From Geotalea uraniireducens Rf4 (GTDB lineage Bacteria > Desulfobacterota > Desulfuromonadia > Geobacterales > Geobacteraceae): a stretch of 32,000 bases of DNA. The notes under the pieces were generated by a model. That model had not been told where the DNA came from. It ran no database searches and saw only the letters and a program-made list of their open reading frames with translations. Positions 6,526 to 15,584 of this stretch are shown here, piece by piece; position 1 is the first letter of the stretch, and every line of letters starts with the position of its first letter. The stretch covers positions 660,001-692,000 of the forward strand of contig NC_009483.1 of assembly GCF_000016745.1 (NCBI RefSeq). The letters are read 5' to 3'. The translations under genes and the position numbers were made by a program.

Positions 6526-6954
6526 ATGACCATGCCAAAGCAGCCAGAGTTTCCAATTCGCGTATTTTATGACGGCTCATGCTCCGTATGCGCCACGGAG
6601 ATTGAGCACTACCTGCGTGAGGATCACGGCGGCAAGCTCCTGCCAGTAGATATCAGCGCCCGGGACTTTGACCCGGAGCCCTACCACATCCCCCTGGAAG
6701 CATTCATGTACGAGCTGCATGTGATTGATCAGAGCGGCGCGGTTTATCGGGGCGTAGAGGCGTTCTGGGCCATCTGGCAGGCATTCCCGACCTCGACCAT
6801 CTATGGTGTACTGGGGGCTGTCATCCGCATGCCCGTGGTCAAGCCTTTCGCCCGCCTGCTGTACAAGGGATTCGCGCGGGTCCGTCCCTATCTGCCGAAA
6901 AGGACGCACTGCGATGGCGGCTCATGCCGGATCGGCAAGCATGGGAACCCTTGA
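6526..6954 (+). CDS. thiol-disulfide oxidoreductase DCC family protein (DUF393)
   Basis: 142 aa. VFYDGSCSVCATEIEHY carries the DG.C..C motif. The length and downstream pattern (..D......G..Y.G.eA.......P) fit the DCC/YuxK family. Confidence 0.8.
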   Translation: MTMPKQPEFPIRVFYDGSCSVCATEIEHYLREDHGGKLLPVDISARDFDPEPYHIPLEAFMYELHVIDQSGAVYRGVEAFWAIWQAFPTSTIYGVLGAVIRMPVVKPFARLLYKGFARVRPYLPKRTHCDGGSCRIGKHGNP

Positions 6955-6982
6955 ACGAAATGTGCACGATACAGGAGAGACA

Positions 6983-7270
6983 ATGAACATAACCGTAGTT
7001 GCAAAAATAGTAGCCAGGAAGGATGCCGTCGAGGCTGTCAAAGCAGAACTGCTCAAGCTGATCGCGCCGACGAGGAAAGAGAGCGGCTGCATCGAGTACA
7101 AGCTACACCAGGACAATGACGATCCGGCTGTGTTCGTTTTCTACGAAACCTGGGAATCTGCCGCCAGCCTGGGAGAGCACATAAACACAGAACATTACAA
7201 AGCCTACGTTGGCGCAGTCGCCAGCATGATCGAAGGGAAAACTGTCCATAAAATGACCCGGATCGCATAA
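6983..7270 (+). CDS. antibiotic-biosynthesis-monooxygenase (ABM) family protein / putative quinol monooxygenase
   Basis: ATG 6983 with AGGAGAG 6 nt upstream. MNITVVAKIVARKDAVEAVKAELLKLIAPTRKESGCIEYKLHQDNDDPAVFVFYETWESAASLGEHINTEHYKAY is the YgiN/ABM pattern (C..Y.l.qd..dp..f.f.E.W.s...l..H..t.H). The longer track ORF starting at 6803 overlaps the DCC gene and is rejected. Confidence 0.85.
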   Translation: MNITVVAKIVARKDAVEAVKAELLKLIAPTRKESGCIEYKLHQDNDDPAVFVFYETWESAASLGEHINTEHYKAYVGAVASMIEGKTVHKMTRIA

Positions 7271-7300
7271 GGGTGAACCCGGGAAATAATCGAGGTAGGC

Positions 7301-7696
7301 ATGGCAAAAGGTTATAAGGCCAATAAAGAGCGACAGGAAGACATCGGCACCTTCGGCAAAGCCATCGGCAAACGTGCCGGCTTCAAGTGCGAATGGTGCG
7401 AAAGCAAGGAAGATCTGCGGGTCTGGGATCATCAACCCGATCTGCCGCCCGCCATGGAGACGCTTGCCATGCTCTGCCGCCAATGCCGCGAGCTGGCCGA
7501 CGACAGAAAAGCCGATGCCAACGAGCTGCGTTCGATCCGCAACGCCCTCTGGAGCGATATCCCGGCAGTGGCGGAAGGGGCCGCGAAGGTATTGGCCCAG
7601 TGCAAGGAATCCTGGGTGCGTGACGCCATCGAGCAGAGTTTCATTGATGAGAGTCTCAAGGCTGAGCTGCTGGCCCGATCGCAAATCTGGAAATGA
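7301..7696 (+). CDS. PhnA-like zinc-ribbon domain protein (function unknown)
   Basis: 131 aa, GAGG 6 nt upstream of the ATG. CEWCESKEDLRVWD...LCRQCRELADDRK...LRSIRNALWSDIPAVAEGAAKVL resembles the N-terminal module of the longer 'PhnA protein' family (CELC...L.vY.V.P...LC..C..Q......W.CL..SMWS.VPAVQV). This assignment is from memory only. Confidence 0.6.
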   Translation: MAKGYKANKERQEDIGTFGKAIGKRAGFKCEWCESKEDLRVWDHQPDLPPAMETLAMLCRQCRELADDRKADANELRSIRNALWSDIPAVAEGAAKVLAQCKESWVRDAIEQSFIDESLKAELLARSQIWK

Positions 7697-7739
7697 GTCG
7701 CTCCGGTACCCGCAAATATGCCGGCAGAAAATCACACGC

Positions 7740-7761
7740 ACGGGGCGCCGCCCGTTTTATT
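7740..7761 (+). terminator. weak candidate intrinsic terminator between convergent genes
   Basis: ACGGG-GCGCCG-CCCGT stem (5 bp, GC-rich) followed by TTTTATT. It abuts or overlaps the rmuC stop codon (complement of 7757-7759). Confidence 0.35.
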
Positions 7762-9268
7762 CCTCCGATTCAAGCCAGTCCAGGTTGCGGGCTGTTTTGT
7801 CCAGCCCTTCGACGCTCTCGATATCCTTGCCGGTGGACGCACCCAGATCCTTGAATTTGCGGGCGGTCACCAGCACCCTTGTTTCCAACGAGCCTACCGC
7901 CTTGTTGTAGGAATCCACTGCCCGCTCCAGTCCTTTGCGCACGTCGGAAAAATGCCCAGCTAATGTGGCAATCCGGTCGTAGAGGGATTTCCCCAGGTCG
8001 GAAATGGCCTGGGCGTTCTCGGCGATCTGCTCCTGCCGCCAGCCGTAGGCCACCGCCCGGAGCAGGGCTATGAGGGTGGTCGGTGTCGCCAGGATGACTT
8101 TCTGCTCGACGCCGAATTCGATGAGGCTCGGATCCTGCTCCAGAGCGGCGCTGAAGAACGTTTCGCCGGGGAGGAACAGGACCACGAATTCCGGGGTCGG
8201 CCGGAACTGGTCCCAGTAGGATTTTGCGGAGAGCTTCGTCAGGTGGACCCGGATATGGCGGGCATGTTCCTTCAGGTGGCGGAGCCGTTCCTTTTCGTCT
8301 CCGGCTTCAAGAGCCTCCAGGTAAGCCATCAGCGGCGCCTTTGAGTCGACGACGATGTTCTTGCCGTTGGGGAGCTTGATCACCATGTCCGGGCGTAACC
8401 GCCCATCTTCACCGCTGACGGATTCCTGCTCCAGAAAGTCGCAGAAGTTGACCATTCCGGCGATCTCCACCACCCGCTTCAGCTGGATTTCCCCCCAGCG
8501 GCCGCGCACGGTCGGCGTGCGCAACGCCTTAACCAGGTTGGCTGTTTCCCCCTGCAACTGCATCTGGCCGGCGGCCATGGCCTTGATCTGTTCTGTGAGG
8601 CCGACATAGGCGGAGACGCGCGTCTTTTCCAACTCCTGGATCTTGGTGTCGACCTTTTCCAGCGACTCCCGCATCGGCCTGACCAGCTCGTCGATGGCCT
8701 TTTGCCGCAGTTCCAGGTCACCCCTGGCCCCCTCCTGAAACTTTTCCAGGGCTACCTTCGCCAGGTCCAGGAACGACTGGTTGTTGCTCTTCAAAGCCTC
8801 TGCGGAAAGTGCCTTGAACGCATCGGACAGCTTGACGTGGGCAGCATCGAGGATGGCCAGCTTCTCCTCGGTGGCCTTGCGTTCCTCATGGAGCTGGGTG
8901 GCAAGAGAGGAGAGCTTTGCCTTCAGCGCGGAGTTCTCCTCGAACACCTGCCGCATCTGCTCTTCCCTGGTCTTCAGCCGCATTTCCAGCTCCGGTATCC
9001 TGCTGTTTTTCTCTTCTGCTGCCGATCTTTTCTCTGCCTCCGCCTTCAGCTCGCATCTCAGGTCGGAGATTTCTTCTGCCCCTTTTGCCAGCTGCGCTTT
9101 AAGCTCGCCGATCTGCAGATCTTTACCCTGGAGACGTTCGGTCAGTGTCGCAGTCTCTGCCTCCAGTTCGTCCCTCCCTTTCTGATAGGCAAACTCCACC
9201 TTGGATCTGAAGATGAACCAGACGGCAACGGCGACGACTATAGCGGATATAAGCAATACATAGTCCAT
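7757..9268 (-). CDS. rmuC: DNA recombination protein RmuC
   Basis: 503 aa. N-terminal TM helix ([16 protein letters not shown]), a long coiled coil, then the RmuC core ...[30 protein letters not shown]...[28 protein letters not shown]...[23 protein letters not shown] lies 8 nt upstream of the ATG. Confidence 0.92.
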   Translation of the reverse strand: MDYVLLISAIVVAVAVWFIFRSKVEFAYQKGRDELEAETATLTERLQGKDLQIGELKAQLAKGAEEISDLRCELKAEAEKRSAAEEKNSRIPELEMRLKTREEQMRQVFEENSALKAKLSSLATQLHEERKATEEKLAILDAAHVKLSDAFKALSAEALKSNNQSFLDLAKVALEKFQEGARGDLELRQKAIDELVRPMRESLEKVDTKIQELEKTRVSAYVGLTEQIKAMAAGQMQLQGETANLVKALRTPTVRGRWGEIQLKRVVEIAGMVNFCDFLEQESVSGEDGRLRPDMVIKLPNGKNIVVDSKAPLMAYLEALEAGDEKERLRHLKEHARHIRVHLTKLSAKSYWDQFRPTPEFVVLFLPGETFFSAALEQDPSLIEFGVEQKVILATPTTLIALLRAVAYGWRQEQIAENAQAISDLGKSLYDRIATLAGHFSDVRKGLERAVDSYNKAVGSLETRVLVTARKFKDLGASTGKDIESVEGLDKTARNLDWLESEE

Positions 9269-9301
9269 GGGCTTTGCTCCTGTTTTTAATGCAAAATACT
9301 G

Positions 9302-10102
9302 CTATTCAATGCCGATCCCCTTCAAAAATTCCAACAGGCAGGCGTTGAACGCCTCCGGCTGCTCCATGTTTGCCATATGCCCCGCACCCGGAATAATGCA
9401 GCTGGTACTTTGGGGCAGGGCGGCGGTGAAGATGCCGACGTTTTCCAGCGGTATTGCCCGGTCTTCCTCCGCGCCGATGACGAGCGCCGGTAGGCGCAGG
9501 TTTCCAAGAAGCGGGGTCGAATCCTTCCTGTCAGCCATGGCGAGTAGCCCCCCGGTTAGCCCAAGCGGGTCTGTGGCCCGCATCCAGCAGGCTACCTGCG
9601 CCGGAAAATCCGGCCTGTTCTTCATCGTTTCATCTGAAAACAGAAGCTTGGCAAAAATATCGGCCACAACCTGCGAGCCGAAGGTTGCGACATCCCGAGC
9701 CATGGCCAGGCGTTTTGCCTTGCCTGCCTCGTCGTCGGCCCCGCTGCGGGTGACGATGAAGCAGGCCGCCGCAATCCGTTGCTGATAGCGTTCGAGCATG
9801 TTGAGCAGTACATAGCCACCCATGGACATGCCTCCGACAACGGCGCGTTCAATGCCGAGGTGGTCAAGAAGGGCGATCATGTCGTCGGCGAAAAGCTCCA
9901 TGGAATAGCCGCTGCCGGGTGCATCGCTTTCACCGAATCCGCGCAGGTCCGGCGCGATGACCCGATAGCCGGCGGCAGCGAGGGCTTCTGCCTGGGGGAG
10001 CCACATGCGGCGGTTGAGGGGGAACCCGTGGATAAGGAGCACGGCCGGCCCCACGCCGTTGTCGTCATAAGCCATGGTAAATCCGTTGATCAGGTCGTTC
10101 AT
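9302..10102 (-). CDS. alpha/beta-fold hydrolase
   Basis: VLLIHGFPLNRRMWLPQAEALAAAGYRVIAPDLRGFGESD, nucleophile elbow GGMSMGGYV, and C-terminal GAGHMANMEQPEAF. I prefer the internal ATG (complement of 10100-10102, MNDLINGFTMAYDD) to the track start at 10159. It is on the same strand as rmuC, 33 nt upstream of it. Confidence 0.85.
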   Translation of the reverse strand: MNDLINGFTMAYDDNGVGPAVLLIHGFPLNRRMWLPQAEALAAAGYRVIAPDLRGFGESDAPGSGYSMELFADDMIALLDHLGIERAVVGGMSMGGYVLLNMLERYQQRIAAACFIVTRSGADDEAGKAKRLAMARDVATFGSQVVADIFAKLLFSDETMKNRPDFPAQVACWMRATDPLGLTGGLLAMADRKDSTPLLGNLRLPALVIGAEEDRAIPLENVGIFTAALPQSTSCIIPGAGHMANMEQPEAFNACLLEFLKGIGIE

Positions 10103-10202
10103 TGGTTGGCACCCCCCGAAAATAGTGTGTGTAAAAATCATCCCCCGTCGCGGCAGCAAACCATAAACGCCCGGCCTGCGCTGTCCTGCGGCGGATGACG
10201 TA

Positions 10203-10509
10203 AAAATGTAGTACGAAGGCCGCCTGCTTGCAGCGGAACAATTATTGCATGGTAATAAAAAAAATATTATTACAGTGCGTTACTTAATTCGGCTTGTGAC
10301 CGTATTTTAATAAAATATTATTATTGTTTGCGGGCGGTCAAGAGAAAAGAATCAAGTCATTTCGCTGCTATGATGACGTGGTTATTACATATTTTCATCA
10401 GGTTTTGCAATGGGCATGTTATGGGCGCGTATGAATCAGCCCGGCCGGAAGTAATAACAATGCTTGTCCTGCGTTTCCGATTTGCGACTTAGTCTACAGG
10501 GGGTGCACC
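10203..10509 (+). promoter_or_regulatory. AT-rich control region upstream of the cytochrome/giant-protein operon (divergent from the hydrolase gene)
   Basis: About 300 bp that are much more AT-rich than the surroundings. Palindrome GTAATAA-N8-TTATTAC (10252-10273). More half-sites: TTATTAC 10382-10388 and GTAATAA 10451-10457. A 12-bp direct repeat AAAATATTATTA sits at 10261-10272 and 10312-10323. A possible sigma70-like TTGTGA (10294-10299)-N16-TATTAT (10316-10321). GGGGGTG lies 6-7 nt before the TTG start. Confidence 0.4.
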
Positions 10510-13500
10510 TTGAGCAATGTTCAGGGGAAAGATAGTTTGACCACACTTAGGCTTTTATTGCTGGTCGCCATGCTCATATGGGCTGGTACGGCGGAAGCTT
10601 CGTTGCAATGCTATGACTGCCATGGCACGAAGAGCAGCGGGGACAACCGGCCGCTGGACGCCGCCTACAGAAACGTCACCACCGGAGGCTTCCAGGGAAC
10701 CCATCGCAACCATCTCCCTCCCAACGCCACCGGATCAAGCTGCGTTCTTTGCCATCCGGGGAGCGACGGCTATGTCCCCGGCCACCGGGACGGATTGATA
10801 CAACTCTCCACCAATATCAAGAATTCACCCGAGCCCGCCGTCTATAATCACTATACGACCCCCTTTCCCCAGACTCCGTCCCCCGAGCTCGGTTCATGTT
10901 CCAATGTCAACTGCCACTTCGAAACAACAACACCCCCTTGGGGGGACGCATCCCTGACCGTTCCCGCCGGATGCAGCGCCTGCCACGGCTTTCCGCCGGA
11001 TGACGGCAATCACCCGGCTATAATCGGCATCGGCAAGAAGCATGGCGACTATTACGGCACCGGCACCGAGAGCTGCGGCACGTGTCACAGCAGCCACAGC
11101 ACCTTTGCCCACGCCACCAGCGCCGGCAATCCCGGCAGAGGGCTGATCCTCGATTTTGCCGCCGCACCCAACAGCGGTGGCGACTACTCCCAGGCAATCA
11201 ATTTAACCTATCCCAACTACCTTCCCAGCCGGAACCCGGTCAGAAACGGTGCCTGCACGAACCTCTACTGCCACAGCGACGGCAAGGAAGGCGCAGCGAA
11301 AACCCAAGCCGTATGGGGCGGAACGCTGGATTGTACCGGCTGCCATAGCGGGGCCGGAGATACCACCGACCTGAGCGGCAGGCACGGCAAGCATACCGGC
11401 CCTTCGGGCTATGCCTTTGCCTGCTCCCGCTGCCATGTGGGAACCGTCGCAACTGTCAATGAACAGAACACCATCACCGATAAAACCCTCCATGTCAACA
11501 AAACCAAAGACGTGGCCTTCACGGAAGGTGGCAATTACAACCAAAGCGATAAAGGGTGCGTCAGTACCTACTGTCACAGCAACGGCGCAGGCGGAGCCCC
11601 GACCGTTGCCGTGAAGTGGACCGACACCGCACCGATGCAATGTTATTCCTGCCACAGGGGGCGGACCGGCGACAGCACCGAAGCCAACTGTACGGGGCAG
11701 CCGATCCTCGGCGTCTGGTCATCGGCCGGGAACGCCTGCACCCCGCCCCTCAACATGACCAGCAACGGCCATGCACGCCTGGTCGGTCCGCAGTGGATCA
11801 GAAAATACCCATGCAGCTATTGTCACAACGATACTGTCGACGGCAGCGGGAACATCAAGGACAGGACGAAACACACCAATGGTGCGAAAGATGTGGCCAT
11901 TTCGCCGCAATGGTCCATTTTGGGGGAAGAGGCGCCGACCTACAATCCGGCCACCAAGTCCTGCGACAACATTTACTGTCATAGCGACGGCACTGCCAAC
12001 CCGGAGAACGTCAGGCCCTTTGCCTGGACTGAGGGGAAGACCGAGTGCAATACTTGCCACGGCCACCCCCGCGGCTCCTGCTCGACGAAAAACTGCCACG
12101 ACAACCGGATCGATTACAACACCGGCAAGGTGTGGAATCTTCCGTCCATATTCGGCAACAACTCTTCGTATCAATGGCCGGCCGGCCAGGAGTGGAAGGC
12201 CGCCATCCCCATGTTCCACAATGAAGGCCCCGGAACGCAACGGGCAAATTCGCACCCCCGCCATACGGAAACCAGCTTCACCTGCGACAAATGCCACGCC
12301 GCCACCATTGCCAACGGCACCTGCGATTCTTGTCACACCAACGGCATCCCCGCCGGCAAAATGGGGGAATATGCCCACATAGACCCGGCCTATCACGTCA
12401 ACAGGACCAAAGATGTGGTGTTCATGGATGGCGGTTCATATAACGCGGTGGCCAAGACCTGTTCCAACACCGCCTGTCATACCGGCGGCACCGATCCAGT
12501 CTGGGGGGGCTCCGTCAACAGCGCCGTCATCTGCCTCAGCTGTCATGGTGTAACCGGGGCGGATATCGATGATTTCGGCTCTTTGGGCAACAGTGCGGAA
12601 ACGAGGATCGGCCAGGAGGCGAAAATCAGTCTGGTCGAGTGGGTGACCACCGGTCACGGCAGGTATTCCACGGCAGGGCGCTATCCCTCATCGGGCAATC
12701 CCGCGGCAAATTTCCCCGGCAATCCTTGCTGGTACTGCCACGACAACACCGTCCTGCATAAGGACACGACCAATCCTTTCAGGCTCCGCCTCCATCCGCA
12801 GTTCGTCCAGCGCTTCGAAAAGGAGTGCGTTTATTGTCACATGGAGCGCAAAAGCGACGGGAGCGAATGCGTGGCCTGCCACGTGGACCAGCCCGAATCC
12901 CTTGCTCCCCAGGCGACCGGCAGCGGTATTCTCTTTAGAAAGAGCGACGGCACGACCGAGGTCAGGTTTTCCGGCCACAGCCATGTCGACAACTGCATTA
13001 CCGGCGCCGCGGGGGGGTGCCACGATTCCGACAACGGTCTGTTCGACAACTTTTCATCCCACAAGGGGCACAACGCCAATGCGGGGGTGTGGAACAGCGA
13101 CCAGAAAAAGGATGTGAAAAATCAGTACCTGATGATGGGTGTTTGCCTCCAGTGCCATGACGATGACAGCGGCGACAAGTGCAACAGCTGCCATAAAATG
13201 GATACCGAGGCAAAAAAGGTCAAATATTCCCTCGGCTTTGACCCGGGCACCGGCTTCATCAAGCCGAAAAAGGCGCGGGCCTCGTCGGTCCACTTCGGCT
13301 ATAAGCATTACAGGGCGTACCAGCAGAACGGCGTCTGGCTGGGGGGCAAGTTCTGCTGGGACTGCCACGATCCCCATGGGGACGGCAACATCTATATGGT
13401 CCAGAGCAAGGTCGCCACATCGACAGAAGGCACCTTCGGCATTCCCCAGACGCGGGCCGATGTGGTCTTCAACAAAAAGCAGAGCGGTCTCGACTATGCC

Positions 13501-15528
13501 CGGACCCAGGCGCCCTACAACGGCATCTGCAATGTCTGCCATACGCCGGAGAGCAAGCACTTCACCCGATCGAGCGGCGACGGGCACAATGCCAGCCGCG
13601 TCTGCACCGTCTGTCACGAGCACAGGTTCAGCGACAGCCATGCCAACAGCCAGAGCTGTTCCGGCTGCCACTTCAACAAGCCGGTGCCGAGGCATTCGGG
13701 TTTCGGCCAGCCGCGGGACTGCACCAAGTGCCATGCCGGGACCGTAGGCATGCGGATGGACGTCATGGGGCAGATGCGGGGCACATCCCACCACGTGCAG
13801 GGGGTGGATGTAACCAACAAGCACTGTTATGCCTGCCATTGGGAGTCGACGCCGGAAGGGCTCATCGACGTCAGGCATCATGAGGGTTACAACTACAAGC
13901 TCTACACCTCGGTCAAAAACGCCAAGGTGGACCTGGTGGTGTGGAAGGCGGGGGAAAGGCCCACCTATTACAATTCCACCACTGCCGTCCAGTTCATTGC
14001 CGCCAACATCGGCACGGCCAATGAGAGGGGAGAGGCGGCCAAGCTGACCAATGTCTGTCTCTCCTGCCACAGCGACCGGAATAACGATAACCAAACGATC
14101 TTCGGCGACTGCAAGACCCCGAGGCAGTATGCCTGGGACGGCCAGAGCATCGATGCCCGCTATTCCCAGATGGGGACTACCCCCTGGGGCAAATACAATT
14201 CGACCACCTATCCGAATGTGACCAAGAAGGACACGGTCGCCAAGGCCTTATCTGCCCACGGCAACGCGGTGGGCAACGCCGGCGGTTTCGATCCGGCGAA
14301 CGGTCTTGACGCAGCCATCCCCAATACGAGGAATGGCAGCCAGAACGTCCATTGCTTCGACTGCCACAGTTCCCACGGCTCGAAGCTGGTCGGCGTGACG
14401 TCGAGCTATGTGACGTTCAACGGTACCCGGAACGGCGGCAACCTGAAAGAAACCCAGGCAGGCAAAGGTGGCTATGCCATGACCTACAAGGCCTCGTTCA
14501 ATAGCACGCCGGGGGCCGTGAACCCATACAGCGCCGGCGCAGGGCAGTGCTTCGACTGCCACAACACGCCGGCCGCGGGCATCACCCCCTGGGGGTACAA
14601 TTCCACCTTCGGAGCGACAGCGCCGATCATGGGATACAAGGACACTTCCCGCTTCGGCAACGGGACAAAGGCTTCGACCGTCCGTTTCCCTTATCGAACA
14701 AGCAAAAAGGATATCGTCAGCGGACACATGATACCGAGGGAAGCCGCCTTTCTCAATTATTCTGCAAAGGGTGAGATAAACGGCCTCTGCACCCCCTGTC
14801 ACGATCCCCACGGCGTAAGCACTTCGCTGGGTGGGAATCAAAGATACGCCGTGCCGCTTCTGAAAGGCACCTGGATGACCTCCCCCTACAAGGAGGACAG
14901 CCCTCCTCCCGATACTTCCGGGGCCACGTCAGTCCCCCCCCTCTCCTGGGGCAAGGCATTTACCTGGCCCGATAGGGTTGGATACGGAGGTACCCCGCCG
15001 GTCACCAACTACAACATCGACCGGACAACCTTCGGCGGTTCGACCCGTATCGGCGAGGACGCGTCCAGGTTTGCCGGGCTTTGCCTGCGCTGCCATCCGA
15101 AAGAAAACCTGACGGACGGCGTCCCGAACAATACGGCATGGAAGGGTGTCGACAGGGTCCATGAATCGGTCAAGGGATGGGGGGACACCTCTAAACCGAC
15201 GGAGCATTCCTATACCTGTTCCAAATGCCATGCGCCGCACAATTCCGGGCTGCCGCGGCTCCTGACGACCAACTGTCTCGATTCGAAGCACCGCGGCTAC
15301 AGGGTTTCGGGCGGGCAGGCCTGGACGGCAGATAAAGAAGCGACAGCCCTCGGCAATGGCGGCAGAGCCCATTCTTATGCCGGTCAGCACCGCGGTTTCC
15401 CCATAGGCAATGTGCTCGGCAATTCGGCAAGCTACGAGGCGACCAGCAGTTGCCATGCCGGCGCCCCGGGCAATACCGGGACCACCTGGCCGGACAGCAA
15501 CCGCTGGAACAATATAACACCATGGTAG
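10510..15528 (+). CDS. secreted giant multiheme c-type cytochrome (about 35 predicted heme-binding sites) with Geobacter-type CxxxxCH...CxxCH repeat units
   Basis: 1672 aa. Sec signal LLLLVAMLIWAGTAEA/S. Hand count: 29 CxxCH (CYDCH, CVLCH, CSACH, CGTCH, CTGCH, CSRCH, CYSCH, CSYCH, CNTCH, CDKCH, CDSCH, CLSCH, CWYCH, CVYCH, CVACH, CLQCH, CNSCH, CWDCH, CNVCH, CTVCH, CSGCH, CTKCH, CYACH, CLSCH, CFDCH x2, CTPCH, CLRCH, CSKCH). Plus 6 CxxxxCH (CSNVNCH, CTNLYCH, CVSTYCH, CDNIYCH, CSTKNCH, CSNTACH). Five CxxxxCH-(~20-27 aa, W)-CxxCH units look like the TIGR01904 domain. The TTG start is inferred. Confidence 0.92.
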   Translation: MSNVQGKDSLTTLRLLLLVAMLIWAGTAEASLQCYDCHGTKSSGDNRPLDAAYRNVTTGGFQGTHRNHLPPNATGSSCVLCHPGSDGYVPGHRDGLIQLSTNIKNSPEPAVYNHYTTPFPQTPSPELGSCSNVNCHFETTTPPWGDASLTVPAGCSACHGFPPDDGNHPAIIGIGKKHGDYYGTGTESCGTCHSSHSTFAHATSAGNPGRGLILDFAAAPNSGGDYSQAINLTYPNYLPSRNPVRNGACTNLYCHSDGKEGAAKTQAVWGGTLDCTGCHSGAGDTTDLSGRHGKHTGPSGYAFACSRCHVGTVATVNEQNTITDKTLHVNKTKDVAFTEGGNYNQSDKGCVSTYCHSNGAGGAPTVAVKWTDTAPMQCYSCHRGRTGDSTEANCTGQPILGVWSSAGNACTPPLNMTSNGHARLVGPQWIRKYPCSYCHNDTVDGSGNIKDRTKHTNGAKDVAISPQWSILGEEAPTYNPATKSCDNIYCHSDGTANPENVRPFAWTEGKTECNTCHGHPRGSCSTKNCHDNRIDYNTGKVWNLPSIFGNNSSYQWPAGQEWKAAIPMFHNEGPGTQRANSHPRHTETSFTCDKCHAATIANGTCDSCHTNGIPAGKMGEYAHIDPAYHVNRTKDVVFMDGGSYNAVAKTCSNTACHTGGTDPVWGGSVNSAVICLSCHGVTGADIDDFGSLGNSAETRIGQEAKISLVEWVTTGHGRYSTAGRYPSSGNPAANFPGNPCWYCHDNTVLHKDTTNPFRLRLHPQFVQRFEKECVYCHMERKSDGSECVACHVDQPESLAPQATGSGILFRKSDGTTEVRFSGHSHVDNCITGAAGGCHDSDNGLFDNFSSHKGHNANAGVWNSDQKKDVKNQYLMMGVCLQCHDDDSGDKCNSCHKMDTEAKKVKYSLGFDPGTGFIKPKKARASSVHFGYKHYRAYQQNGVWLGGKFCWDCHDPHGDGNIYMVQSKVATSTEGTFGIPQTRADVVFNKKQSGLDYARTQAPYNGICNVCHTPESKHFTRSSGDGHNASRVCTVCHEHRFSDSHANSQSCSGCHFNKPVPRHSGFGQPRDCTKCHAGTVGMRMDVMGQMRGTSHHVQGVDVTNKHCYACHWESTPEGLIDVRHHEGYNYKLYTSVKNAKVDLVVWKAGERPTYYNSTTAVQFIAANIGTANERGEAAKLTNVCLSCHSDRNNDNQTIFGDCKTPRQYAWDGQSIDARYSQMGTTPWGKYNSTTYPNVTKKDTVAKALSAHGNAVGNAGGFDPANGLDAAIPNTRNGSQNVHCFDCHSSHGSKLVGVTSSYVTFNGTRNGGNLKETQAGKGGYAMTYKASFNSTPGAVNPYSAGAGQCFDCHNTPAAGITPWGYNSTFGATAPIMGYKDTSRFGNGTKASTVRFPYRTSKKDIVSGHMIPREAAFLNYSAKGEINGLCTPCHDPHGVSTSLGGNQRYAVPLLKGTWMTSPYKEDSPPPDTSGATSVPPLSWGKAFTWPDRVGYGGTPPVTNYNIDRTTFGGSTRIGEDASRFAGLCLRCHPKENLTDGVPNNTAWKGVDRVHESVKGWGDTSKPTEHSYTCSKCHAPHNSGLPRLLTTNCLDSKHRGYRVSGGQAWTADKEATALGNGGRAHSYAGQHRGFPIGNVLGNSASYEATSSCHAGAPGNTGTTWPDSNRWNNITPW

Positions 15529-15584
15529 TAATGAACCGTAAGTTCAGAACCGAGAGACCGAAGAAGCTGACCGGAGGTAAGCCC

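Noticed and set aside
7103-7741. 212-aa reverse ORF and several forward alternate-frame ORFs (7374-7910, 7387-7623) overlapping the ABM and PhnA-like genes.
   Set aside because: The forward genes at 6983-7270 and 7301-7696 have good RBSs and recognisable family motifs. The overlapping ORFs have none.
8702-9289. Forward ORFs (195 aa, 134 aa, 84 aa) antisense to rmuC, and 9267-9785 / 9779-10198 antisense to the hydrolase.
   Set aside because: rmuC and the hydrolase are clearly the real genes on the minus strand. The antisense products are low-complexity.
10203-10509. GEMM-I (c-di-GMP/cGAMP) riboswitch or sigma54 promoter upstream of the cytochrome gene, as is often seen for Geobacter cytochrome genes. 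I also checked 28935-29186.
   Set aside because: I found no GGCAAA...ACGCAAAGC-type conserved core and no TGGCAC-N5-TTGC element by eye. A covariance-model scan would be needed to exclude one formally.
10510-15528. Many N-x-S/T sequons in the cytochrome (more than 20 by eye), read as a hint of N-glycosylation.
   Set aside because: The protein is rich in Asn, Ser and Thr. A rough expectation from composition is of the same order as the count, and the bacterial D/E-x-N-x-S/T extended sequon is not evident.
15450-15584. The upstream extension of the giant ORF (track start 15450), which overlaps the cytochrome 3' end.
   Set aside because: There is no RBS there. ATG 15585 has GGAGGT 6 nt upstream and leads into a plausible signal peptide. 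The extension is simply open frame.
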